A DNA stretch of 64,000 nt, taken from NCBI GenBank assembly GCA_000091205.1, contig AP006502.2. One strand, given 5' to 3'. This DNA is from Cyanidioschyzon merolae. Lineage: Eukaryota. The notes below the pieces were generated by a model, which was given only the letters and a program-made list of their open reading frames with translations, made no database searches and had not been told where the DNA came from. The position numbers and the translations under genes are program-made. This document shows, piece after piece, positions 41,901-52,005 of the stretch (positions are counted from its first letter, which is position 1; the number at the start of each line of letters is the position of its first letter).

Positions 41901-43005
41901 GCGTCGTGTCGAGCGCGGGGCGCCATGCAGACTGCTCTGGGGCAGCGTTCATGTTCGTTACAGTAGTGCTGTTCGTTTCCGTATGTGCGGATTCGGTGCT
42001 CCCCGGAGCACCACATGTATTGGAGGATGGTTCCGAATCCGCGGCTGGAGGTGTGGACGGTAGCTCGCAGGCTGCGCTTGCCCCGGTAGCCGCAGATTCT
42101 CCCGTTTGTGCAGGCGTCAGTGCCGAAGCGCTCGACATTTCAGGGATTCCAGCGGCACCAGTGCCTGCAGTGCGCCCTAGTGCACACGCTGGAGGCACTG
42201 CATGGCTCGGCGATAGCTGCGAATACTCGTTTGCCGTGTTTCCTGCTGGATCGGTGACGTCAGACTCCAGCATCGGTGCTTTGCGTTCATGAGCTGCAGT
42301 TTTCGAGCTGCCTTGTATTTCGCTTGCGCTTCGTAATCGATTGTTCTCTACGTTGCCCACAGAAGCGTTCGACAATTCGGTGAGCTCTGGGGTATTTACC
42401 GCGAGGGGCGTATCCGCATACTGGACGCCCTCGTCGGATCGAACTGCTGCCGTTTCTTGCTGGTCCTTCTCAACGTCCGGAGAACCGTCTCGAACAACAA
42501 CCTCCCCTGCTTCGTCTCCAGTTGGAGCTTGTGCAGCCTCTACAGATTCCAGCACCCTTTCAAGCGCACTCTCCCGTGCAAATGTTGATGGAGGTCGCTG
42601 TGGATTGCCTCGCACGGCATCCGATACGATTCGGTTCGCATCTGTGTCTGCGCAAGCATCCACCGTTACACATTCAGCCGGCACTTGAACTTGGCGAGCA
42701 CCGCGCTTCTTTTCGATGCTGATACGTTCTGCAATTGTTTCAGTTGTTGGCTCCAAAGTGCCCCTAGCGTCATGCTGCTGACAGTTGATATTGCTCCATG
42801 GTGCACGAGCAACCGAAGGTAGCGTTCTCCTAGCGGATACGCTCACTCGGGTGGCTGCTTTTCGGGTTAGGCCACTTGTCTGGGTGCAGGCCTCGTCCGG
42901 CGGTGCGTGCACCAGGGACTCCAGCTCGACACCCGGGCATCCACTGCTTGGCGGACTCATCGGAACCCCATCCGAAAACTCAGTGGCTTGTTCAAGCTCG
43001 GTCAT
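38902..43005 (-). CDS. large (1367 aa) low-complexity protein with tandem ~45-aa helix-extension-helix (LEM/HeH-like?) modules and a Cys-rich segment
   Basis: ATG start at 43003-43005 ([10 protein letters not shown]). The body is S/A/T/P/E-rich. Two adjacent repeats read [40 protein letters not shown] and [40 protein letters not shown]. A Cys cluster reads [36 protein letters not shown]. The C-terminus is acidic and then basic, ending in polySer encoded by (CTG)n at 38940-38964. Confidence 0.6.
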   Translation of the reverse strand: [1367 protein letters not shown]

Positions 43006-43726
43006 TCCAGTACACTTCTCGTTCGTACAGAGCGCAGTTTACACGCAGCGTGCAGTAAAAACTCTCCGTAGCGCTCGTGCTCGTGTCAGCAGCTATGGTG
43101 GTGTGCGATCGCCCTTGCAGCAGTTTCGAACCGAACACAGGTAGCAGGCTGCGCGGGTGACCAGAGCCAACTCGTCCAAGAATGCCTCGCTTTCAGCTTC
43201 GTCAGTACCTTCAACTCTATGTACTTGTCAATGAACCGCAGGAAAAAACGGCGTAGGCCCGAGATCGTTCACAGCTCGGCCCCGATCTGCGGCCGCAGCT
43301 CGAGCAAGCCGTCACCAGGCCGCGTCGCTGCGTCTATGCACCACCTATGGAGCGTGTGTCCCGAACGGCCAACTGCTGGTCGCCTTCCAACAGGATGACC
43401 CTCTATATCCAAAACCCAAGCTGATTACTCAAGAAGCGAATAGGAACACACAGCAGCTTGGATGCACCTGTTACACACAACCACCCGTTACCAATAGACC
43501 TCCAGCGAGAGAAAGCGCCGCCCATCCATAGATTGGGACACCGGCGTCGGCGTCGATGTCGCCGTCGTCGATGTCGGCGTCGACGGCCTCATCGCGATGA
43601 ATCCACCGAACACCCGACATTCGTATGGCATTGCGGTAACGTGCAGTCATCGATCGACCATAAACTGGATGGCTACTTGCGATATGTCGTCAATGACTGG
43701 TCGACTGTGGGCTTGTGATCGTTGTT

Positions 43727-44250
43727 CAAATGAATGAGCGCGTTCCGTAATCATGTGAGGTACATGAATACCGACGGGCAGACGCCTCCTTGCCTTGTTC
43801 GACGCGCCCTCTGCTATCGGTGTCAGCCTCTCCTTGTACACGTCGGGTCTGAGAGGGGGTGCCCCTCAAGGCTGGTATACCGCAGCTGCACAGGTCTCTG
43901 CTTCAGTAACGCACACCTCCTGATATGTATAGCAGCGTGTAAGTTTCGATTCACAAACACAGTGTGTTGCTTGCTTCTGATTGTGTTCACCAGTGCAAGG
44001 AGTCCTCGAACTCGTGCCCTCAGTGCCACGGCAGTCTCGTCATCGTGCCATCGGGTGAACACCTCTTTATTTCCCTTCTTCTTCTTATTTTTGGTCACTT
44101 GTGCTTCTTCGATGGCTTGTTGACAAGAAGAGGATTTATTCGTTTTTTTCCTGCAGGCGGAGATGGCGGCCTTCCAGGATCCTCCACTTGCCTGTCCATT
44201 GCTTCCCGTTGGATTTTTGTTTCTTCAAATGAACGCACTTCAGACGCATG
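43727..44250 (+). repeat. dispersed repeat family, copy B (5' ~0.5 kb fragment)
   Basis: Aligns to the first ~520 bp of copy A, from gaatgagcgcgttccg...cagacgcctcc through ttcttcaaatgaacgcacttcag. Homology to A stops there. Confidence 0.65.
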
Positions 44251-44349
44251 AGCTGTAACCGCGAAAAAGTATATGATTTCGCACACCTAGGAGAGTTACC
44301 AATTGAAGGGAACGTCTAGCAACGGCAGACGGTGCCATTTCCGCACGTC

Positions 44350-45900
44350 CGGTAAAGGCGTCACGATTTCGCTGGACGCCACGAAGCACTGCTTCATATG
44401 ATCTTTCTACTCAGTTTTATGGAACGACTGCTGTGGTGTGTAGCAAGCCACGGAAATTACCATGCCATGTATCATGCAGGTCTTAGAAGAATTGCCTGTA
44501 GTTTCTATATTCTTAACTGAACATTGCAAGGAGGACTACATTCCTCTTCAGGTCAGTCATATCACAATACCCAGATGATTGGGGAACACTGGATGAAACA
44601 AGTAGATGCGCTCCGCGCGAAACACCGATATTCTCGAAGAGTCCTTGCGGTCAATGGTAGGACAGGATAAACACCATGTGGTAAGCGAAAGCGACGATCG
44701 CAGTCACCACGGGCGGCTGTGTTTCTCAACAACGTTTGAATATTGTCCTGAAAACTCTAGGATGCTGGCACAATACAGTGCTCGTACAATTACGGTCATC
44801 TTTCACCGAAATCGCTACGACAACGTTTCTGGAACATCGCGATCGGCATGAAGTACAGGGACGTCGGGTTGTTTTCTCAATCGATGAGACTGACTTGGGA
44901 CGAGCCAGTCGGAGTGTAAATGGGAATTCGCGGAGCATGGTGCCCGTTGTATTTACGATCGGACGCGAGGAGAAGGGTGGCATCATCTGTTCTAGGTGGA
45001 GCGGATTCATTATGCGACCTCGGATTCGCTCGCAGACATGGCTCATACAACAGCTTCGACCACTTTATCAAATCATTGAAGGCTTTTTTCCTGACGTCTC
45101 GCGCCATGCTTCCATGAAGCAACATGGCATTTGACCGGTCCCGTTGCGTTCGAGCTTTTGCCGATTCTGTCGGAATGTAGAGCCGCTTTTCATTGCTCGG
45201 TACCCGCGGTGGTTCAACTCCATCGAACACATGTTTTCTATCTTGAACCGTAATGATCGCTCCACTGGGCGAATCGCGGATGCTTCCAGAACACAGGGAC
45301 ACAACGGGGCACAGGTCGTGTTTGTTCCGCAAGCCCTTCTCGCTAGGGGCAGGTCCTCGTCGATGGTCATAACAAAGTGCGTCCATTCGAAGACAAAAAG
45401 ATCCAAGGGAAACTTTTGGTGATGCACGTCGGGGATCGTGGAAGCCTGGTGGCTCCAGGATCTACAAAGAAACGAACATATCCTCTTCTCTCCGAACAAG
45501 GAGCGAAGAGGAAGAGCACGGAAGATGGCGGAGGAGTCTGCCTGACGGGACGCCAACGGGACTGTCGAGACACAGAGGGAACGAGTTCGAGCAATCCTTG
45601 CATTGGAGCGTTCAATCATCGGCAAAAATCGCATGGAGTTCGTGAACCGAGACTTATATGCCTCCGCCTCTATCGGGCGACGTGCGGTGCCGAGGACGAG
45701 ACCCAGGTAGCTGACACGATCCGACTTTATGGGACAACCTCCCAGGATCGAACTGTACAATGAGAAACTGAAGCCGACGGCAGTCGGCCGGTCGACAATG
45801 GCGGGAAGGCGTCTGCGCGTGGGTATGTGTATTTACTCTCCATATTCGGAAATTGCTGTTCGCTTCACTGACGTGTATTGCGTTCATGCCAGCCATGTGC
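44350..45900 (-). repeat. dispersed repeat family, copy C (~1.55 kb, inverted relative to copy B)
   Basis: The reverse complement aligns to copy A over its whole length. The matching strings are acatacccacgcgcagacgcc, gtctcggttcacgaa, caatgcaaggattgctcg, cgaatggacgcactttg, agaacagatgatg and gcgcggagcgcatctac. The 3' end of C lies ~100 bp from the 3' end of B. Confidence 0.7.
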
Positions 45901-47380
45901 TGTTCTAGACTGAGTTAATGATCAAAACTATGTGGATGTATCGAAGCAGTGCCTGAAGCGTACTCGAATTCTAAGGTTCGGACAAGGCGCTCCGACGCAC
46001 ACACAGCGCGCTAATAGATTCATGTCCATCGGGAGAAGCACTGCATCAGACCGATGGCGTGCTCGTCTTTTGAAACCATACTTTGGGATGCAGGTTGCGG
46101 CGCATCTAGATATCTTGAAGCTCGTAACTGCCGGACAGACAGAAAAACGCATCATTCCAAGGGATTGCTCAAGCATGTCTTGCATCGCTGGATCAGGTTC
46201 GGATGCCTGGCAGTGCTTCAACATCTGGGCTCGATCGAAACCGAAAGTCTTCGTACAAGGAGCCAAAATCCCTTTTCTGCTGACTTGCAGCATTTCCGTA
46301 TTCGAAATACTCGAACTGGATGTACTGATTCTTCACGTAAATGATTACTGACGGGGTCCATGCAGATTTTCGGCTTTTCTCACGTCCATTCTACAAGAAT
46401 ATCTTTGCGTTTCCATGGACTGCAAAAAGGCGAGCCTGCGTCTTCGCATTCTATCGATAGTGAGGAAATTGGCGACAGAAAACAAACCCCTACGAAACGT
46501 TGCTGCTGTCACGAGACACTTTGAGCCTGCACGCCGCATATTCCAGGAACGGAATAGGTGCCTGTTGCTCCGAGCACATACCAGGCTGCGGCGGTGGCGT
46601 TGTACTGACACCATGCACCAGTTGACAGTCGCATGTGGTAATTTTCCGGCTCCGGCGAGAGATCGGTTGCAACCCAGAGGCCAATGGAATTGTTGCCAGA
46701 GGATCATGTCGAGATTGGGTAGACCCGTGGTATTCGGATTTGTTCATCGATCATCATCGTTCGTGACACGATCGACAGAGTGCATCCACGGACAACAAGG
46801 CAGGCAATTCGGATGACATGCGCTCGACCACTGGCTATGAAATCATTTGGTGCTTAGCTGTGAACGAGCATGGCGGTGAGTCTTCAAATCGAGGGTTGTT
46901 TAGGTGTGCAATACGGGTCAATGTGCCGGGCGCGTTCCGGGCAAGAGAGATCCGCGTCCACCATCAAGTCACTGGACGTATCCAGTTGCCCGATCAATAA
47001 CGTTCTGCTTATCGATGATGACGTCGTCATTGAAGACCAGACACAGGCGCGGAAGAACCGAGGATACTCACCTGGTCCCGATCGACAGTGTATCGCGTCC
47101 ACGTCACTGAGACGACAACAAGTTCCAGCCGCTACTGCCCAGGAAATGGCGCATGCTCTGGTCCTCCTCATTTCAGGATGGACGGGTTTCACGCCAGATG
47201 CGCTGGGCGCAGAAAAGCACGGGCCGTGATCTTCGCGTGCGCTTCTGGTAAACCGAGCAGGCCTCGTTGACATTAGTAGCGGCTGCACAGCCGTCTGCGT
47301 TTCATTTGGAGTGCCATCCAATCGGAGCATCGTCAAGGACGCCGGCCCCGAGTGTGCCGCGTACTCGCCAGTGATTGATT

Positions 47381-48451
47381 TCATTCATCATCACACGAGG
47401 AGATGGCATGCTGCGGTGGTGCCTGCTCGTGACTGCGCAGCTCACGCAGTACGGCATCAAGCTGCTCTCGAAAGTGTCGCAGGCGCTGGCGTAGGCGCGT
47501 GTTCGCCTGAGCATTGGCGACGCAAGCGCGTCGCCAAGCGTCCGATTCAGAACGTAATCGAGTGATTTCCGCTCGCAAGCGCTGCAACTCCTCGCTAGCC
47601 TCCGTACTGCGACGGGCTGCTTGTGATTTAGGGTATGCGGTGTCGACACGAGACGGGCTGGCGCATCGAGTGGCGATTTTCGTATCTAGGGCGATGTTCG
47701 AGAATCTTGTTCCTCGTCTCCGATGTTGGTCGTCTCCCAACGACTGTGACTGTATCAAAGCACCGGACGATGTTCCATTGCGTATCTTAGGCACCGAACC
47801 GCGCGGAAGCCGAACCTGCGGCTGCCGTATCCGACTCGTCACCGGCGATAGGTCATCGGACTGCGCTCGGTTTACGAAACTCGACTCGGACCTGGAAGAC
47901 GAATTCGCTCGGCTTCCGTTGCGGCCATTCTGGAATCCGATGCCTGCTTCAGACGGATCACAAGGCTGCTTCCATTCAAAATACGACGGCGTCTCATCGA
48001 CGAGGCTCATATGAAGACCGCTTTGGATGCCTTCGAGCATGCGCTCCAATGGCGGGGTCCATGCTTCCGGATCCGTAGCTGACACTCGAGACATGTCCGC
48101 AGCAGCTTTGGTGTTTCCTTCGGTCGATAAGCACAGCACGTCTCGACTGGTAGACGAGGCGGCGCGGGTCCGGGCTCCGCCTCCTCGCGCAAGCCACGGA
48201 GTCCCATATGCTTGTTTCGAAGCAGCAGCAGCAGCAGCAGCAGCTGGTGTTGCGACAGACCGACTTTGTCTCAGCGCAAAGCTCCCCGGCACAACGACCT
48301 GTTCGTCGGAACGCGACCCCTCCGCCTCTTTCGGGCTGCTCGCTTCACCTGCCCGGCTGTCGAACAAGCCCGGCGTTCTGGACGTGCCATCTACCTGACG
48401 ACAGCGCCCGCGTTCTTTCGAAAATGTGAGCCTCCGAGCGACGTCCTCCAT
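47381..48451 (-). CDS. hypothetical S/A/R-rich protein with C-terminal coiled coil
   Basis: The track start is a GTG; the first ATG is at ~48449-48451 (MEDVARRL). The C-terminus reads SEELQRLRAEITRLRSESDAWRRACVANAQANTRLRQRLRHFREQLDAVLRELRS with a heptad-like pattern. It carries polyA from a (CAG)8 run at ~48221-48245. Overlapping plus-strand ORFs make the coding strand uncertain. Confidence 0.3.
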   Translation of the reverse strand: MEDVARRLTFSKERGRCRQVDGTSRTPGLFDSRAGEASSPKEAEGSRSDEQVVVPGSFALRQSRSVATPAAAAAAAASKQAYGTPWLARGGGARTRAASSTSRDVLCLSTEGNTKAAADMSRVSATDPEAWTPPLERMLEGIQSGLHMSLVDETPSYFEWKQPCDPSEAGIGFQNGRNGSRANSSSRSESSFVNRAQSDDLSPVTSRIRQPQVRLPRGSVPKIRNGTSSGALIQSQSLGDDQHRRRGTRFSNIALDTKIATRCASPSRVDTAYPKSQAARRSTEASEELQRLRAEITRLRSESDAWRRACVANAQANTRLRQRLRHFREQLDAVLRELRSHEQAPPQHAISSCDDE

Positions 48452-50198
48452 GAGGATCACGATATCTCGAGTACGTCCGCTTGGTTTAAGCGTGACGCCC
48501 ACACGCTACCCAGAGGATACAAACAGCGTTGGCAGCGGAAGGGCCTCAGATTCCAGCGCAGTTGCGCGCCGTGCTCGGATTCGGAACCTCCACCGTCGCT
48601 GTCGCTCCACTGGGCGAATCGCTGCGTGCGTTCGCGCCAACGCGGACACGTGTCCTACACGCGATCGATTGCGCACGCATAGAGGGAATGCTGCTGTTGC
48701 ATCGCGTGTTGATGGCTGATGATCGACTCCAGACTGCGCGATGCATACTGGGAAAGCACCTGTGATGCCGCAGCCGACCTCCATGATCGATGAGCAATAC
48801 GTCCTGCCCGATGCACTGGTTGTTTCGTGCGTTCCATTGGGTGCCGAGTGTCTGCGGGGCGTTCCCGCGATAACGCCCTACAGCACCGGTGAGGAACGCG
48901 ATCCAGTGGCAAACGCAGCGCGCAGCAACGACGTTCGCAAGCATATGGCCGGGCATCGTTTCGTTTGCACGTGGCGCGCACAGCGTTACTGCATGGGGCC
49001 TGCGCGCCATCCCGTAATGGAGGCGCTCGTCTCAGGAGGTACCCAGTGTCAATAAGCACACATGGGGCGAGGTGTCCGCAGGCGGCATCTGTGCATCTGT
49101 GAGCGTGTTGTGGCAGGGGATTTGGGTTAGACGAACGCGTTCTGGAATAGATGGCGAGGGTTCCTTTATCCGGTATCTTGTCCCGACATATTCCCTGATC
49201 TGCTGGTTGCACATTCGATGCATTCATGCTGCATAGCGATCAGCTCAACGGTACTAGCATGCGTTCGAGGCGGCTAATCAACGCTCCATGTCGACAGAGG
49301 TTCGCTGAAAATGTGCGTTGATCTCCATCGGGACGCACCCGAGGTGATCTCCTCACCATATCACATCGATGATCCTGTCCATAAAAACCATCAGTGTGCG
49401 CGAGTGGATCTCTAAATGAGCGCTGATTCTGCACGAGAAGGTGTTCGTCCACGGTCTGCAGTGAAGTGCCTGCAACGGCTTGGCGCACTCACGGCGTGCA
49501 AGCTGACCAGCACGCTGCGCGCTTCCGCCGCTTTCTCCAAAACGAGCTGCGTCCGGGCGACTGTGAGCCCCGTAACGGAAAGTGCCCTCTGTGCGCAGCT
49601 GGTCGACCATCGCCCGCATGACAACGCTTTGGATAACCCTGGACACTGCACGTGAACGAAACATCGCCACCAGGGTCTATGCTGCACTACCGAAAATACT
49701 CGATCATACAAGCAGATGCACTGCTTAGGATAGGATCCGTCTGCTCGTGAAGGTAACGGTGCCCGCACAGAGCTGTTGCGGCTTGTATCCCACGACAGAC
49801 TGGCGCGATTGCCTCATCGTCCGATGAATTTTCGGTGAATACCTGAACACGAAACTCATCGCCGCATACTCCCTGCAATTTCTATGCAGAGCGTACACGT
49901 ATGCATCTCAGTAGGCTGTCGCATCGGCCTTGGTCTCTATCTCGCCCAGCAAAACATGAGCTCCGCTTCCCTACCGAGCCTTTCGGGGGTAACGGTGCGC
50001 GCGCGCTAAGCCACACATTGTGGCGCCGCGAATCGTGGCGCTGCGGCCTCCGCCCGCATCACCCGCGCAACGGGCACACGCTGCGCACCATTCGCGTACC
50101 CGAGCTGAACACCTATCGGGTATGTCTGGCGTAAGCGGGTGTGGTACCTCAGCCTGATGCAACGGAACCTCAGCACCAACAGAACATGATTTGGAGTA

Positions 50199-51596
50199 AT
50201 GTTGATATTTTTGACTCCGGTAGAATGCATTTACGAGCGTCCAGCACCAACGTACCGAAACAAGGCCTTTACAACACCCGAAGTGCGCGTACCGCATCGC
50301 GAGCGACTGCATCGCGTTCGGCGTCGAGCACTGACCCCAGTGCGGGTGCCTGGGGTTGTCGCAATTGCCTCGGACGCCAACGAAGGATCTACTCCTTCCG
50401 ATGAACCCTGGTGGCGAGAACGCGCGAGGTTAGTGGTATCGAGACAGTCTCAGGCGACCGGAGACGCACCGACAAGTCGCCGGAGGTTTCTCCAAGCGCT
50501 CGTGCTGGCCTTGGTTGGTTTCGTTGCGGGTAGCCTTGGCAAAAGCGCTTCTTCAGGAAAAGCAGGGACGCAAGCGCAAGCAGTTACTTTGGCTCCGACA
50601 CCTATAAATCCGTATGCCCGCCGTCGTCAGAAGAAGCAGTACGAGAAATACCTCGAGATACAGAAAGCGCTCATTGAGCGCAATCGACTACGTCGCAAGT
50701 ATTCACGAAAGCCGCCTATAGATACGGATGCGCTTCCGTATTCCCTGTCAGCATTGAGTGCCTTTGTGGCTTCAGCAATCAGTACATTCATTGTACATCC
50801 TATTGACACGATCAAGACGCGGCTGCAGATGCGCGGAGCCTCGTGCCCGCTCCCGCCGAATCAGCTGTACCGAGGCGTTGTGTCCAATGTCTGGAAGGAG
50901 GCACCGAACGCAGCGATCTACCTAGGCGTCTATGAAGCCTTCAAGGATATATTCTTGCGAACACCAGTTCTGGGATCTTATCCAATGCTTTGCTTTCTGC
51001 TGGCCGGCGGGCTCGGGGATGCCATCGGTAGCGTCGTGCGGGTTCCGGCGGAGATTCTGAACAAGCGTTTGCAACTCGGTCTGAGCGCGACGCTAAGTGA
51101 TGCATGGCGCGAAGTGTTTTGCGATCCAAACAACCGGGAGGTTGTGAAAGTCACCTGGATGGCTGTGCTGGCGCGCGACGTTCCCTACGGTGCCTTGCAG
51201 ATCGCTTTCTATGAGCAACTGAAAATCCTGGTGTTGGTTCATCATGCAATGGGAGCGCAGAGCGCGAAGGGGCTCTTTCTTGATGCGTTACTGGGAGCGA
51301 TTGCGGGTTGTGCAGCCGCCTTCCTTACGACGCCAGCGGATGTTATCGTGACGAGGCTGGCGTCACAGTACCCCCAGTCGTACATAGATACACGGCGTTT
51401 TATGGGCGTTTTGGGTACCGCACGGCGCATCGTCGAGATGGATGGCTGGCGGGGCTTCTTCTCCGGATCCCTTCAGCGAGCCGCCTACTATGCGCCGCTG
51501 ATCGGCCTCTTCTTCTTCCTCTATGAGACGTGTCGCTATGTTGCGCTCCATCCAGAGACGGTGTCGCAGCTTGTCACCTCATACTTACCGTTATAA
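50199..51596 (+). CDS. mitochondrial carrier family protein, S-adenosylmethionine carrier (SAMC/Pet8)-like
   Basis: Three carrier repeats are present: VHPIDTIKTRLQ, RVPAEILNKRLQ and TTPADVIVTRLAS. The context matches SLC25A26 (APNAAIYLGVYEAF, VLARDVPYGALQIAFYEQLK). A ~185-aa N-terminal extension precedes the carrier core. ATG start. Confidence 0.8.
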   Translation: MLIFLTPVECIYERPAPTYRNKAFTTPEVRVPHRERLHRVRRRALTPVRVPGVVAIASDANEGSTPSDEPWWRERARLVVSRQSQATGDAPTSRRRFLQALVLALVGFVAGSLGKSASSGKAGTQAQAVTLAPTPINPYARRRQKKQYEKYLEIQKALIERNRLRRKYSRKPPIDTDALPYSLSALSAFVASAISTFIVHPIDTIKTRLQMRGASCPLPPNQLYRGVVSNVWKEAPNAAIYLGVYEAFKDIFLRTPVLGSYPMLCFLLAGGLGDAIGSVVRVPAEILNKRLQLGLSATLSDAWREVFCDPNNREVVKVTWMAVLARDVPYGALQIAFYEQLKILVLVHHAMGAQSAKGLFLDALLGAIAGCAAAFLTTPADVIVTRLASQYPQSYIDTRRFMGVLGTARRIVEMDGWRGFFSGSLQRAAYYAPLIGLFFFLYETCRYVALHPETVSQLVTSYLPL

Positions 51597-52005
51597 GCAG
51601 CGAGCGTGTGCGAACGACGGTGTGATGGATGAGGAGGATTTCGCGAGTGCCGTGTTACACTGTGCTGTTCGACGATTCGGGGCATGGCAGGTCGCTTCAG
51701 ACCGTTCAGGCGAGCTGCTGCCGTCCGACGCCCTGCAGCACACACTGTGTAGGGTGACTCTACGGTCCAGCGTGTTTTTTCGATACGAACACGCTCGAGG
51801 ACAGCAGCAGACTCGCCGTAGTGGATTCGCTCGGGAAATAGCGTGACTCTCGTCAGGTGTATGCCTGTAAAAAGATTGTTAGCTGCAGGATACGAGTTTC
51901 CATTGCCGTTCTGGAAACGCGCAGCTTCCTCAACAGCAGACACCGGGCACGAAGTTTCTCGTCGATATCGCTTTCGAGCGAGCAGGAGCATTGCGGACGA
52001 AGCAA

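Noticed and set aside
39930-42292. Plus-strand ORFs of 100-206 aa (39930..40472, 41008..41628, 41810..42292, and many similar ones opposite every long gene, such as 195..698 and 704..1138)
   Set aside because: They lie antisense to long, well-supported ORFs in GC-rich sequence, where stop codons are rare on the complementary strand. Translations are low-complexity with no motifs. Treated as antisense artefacts.
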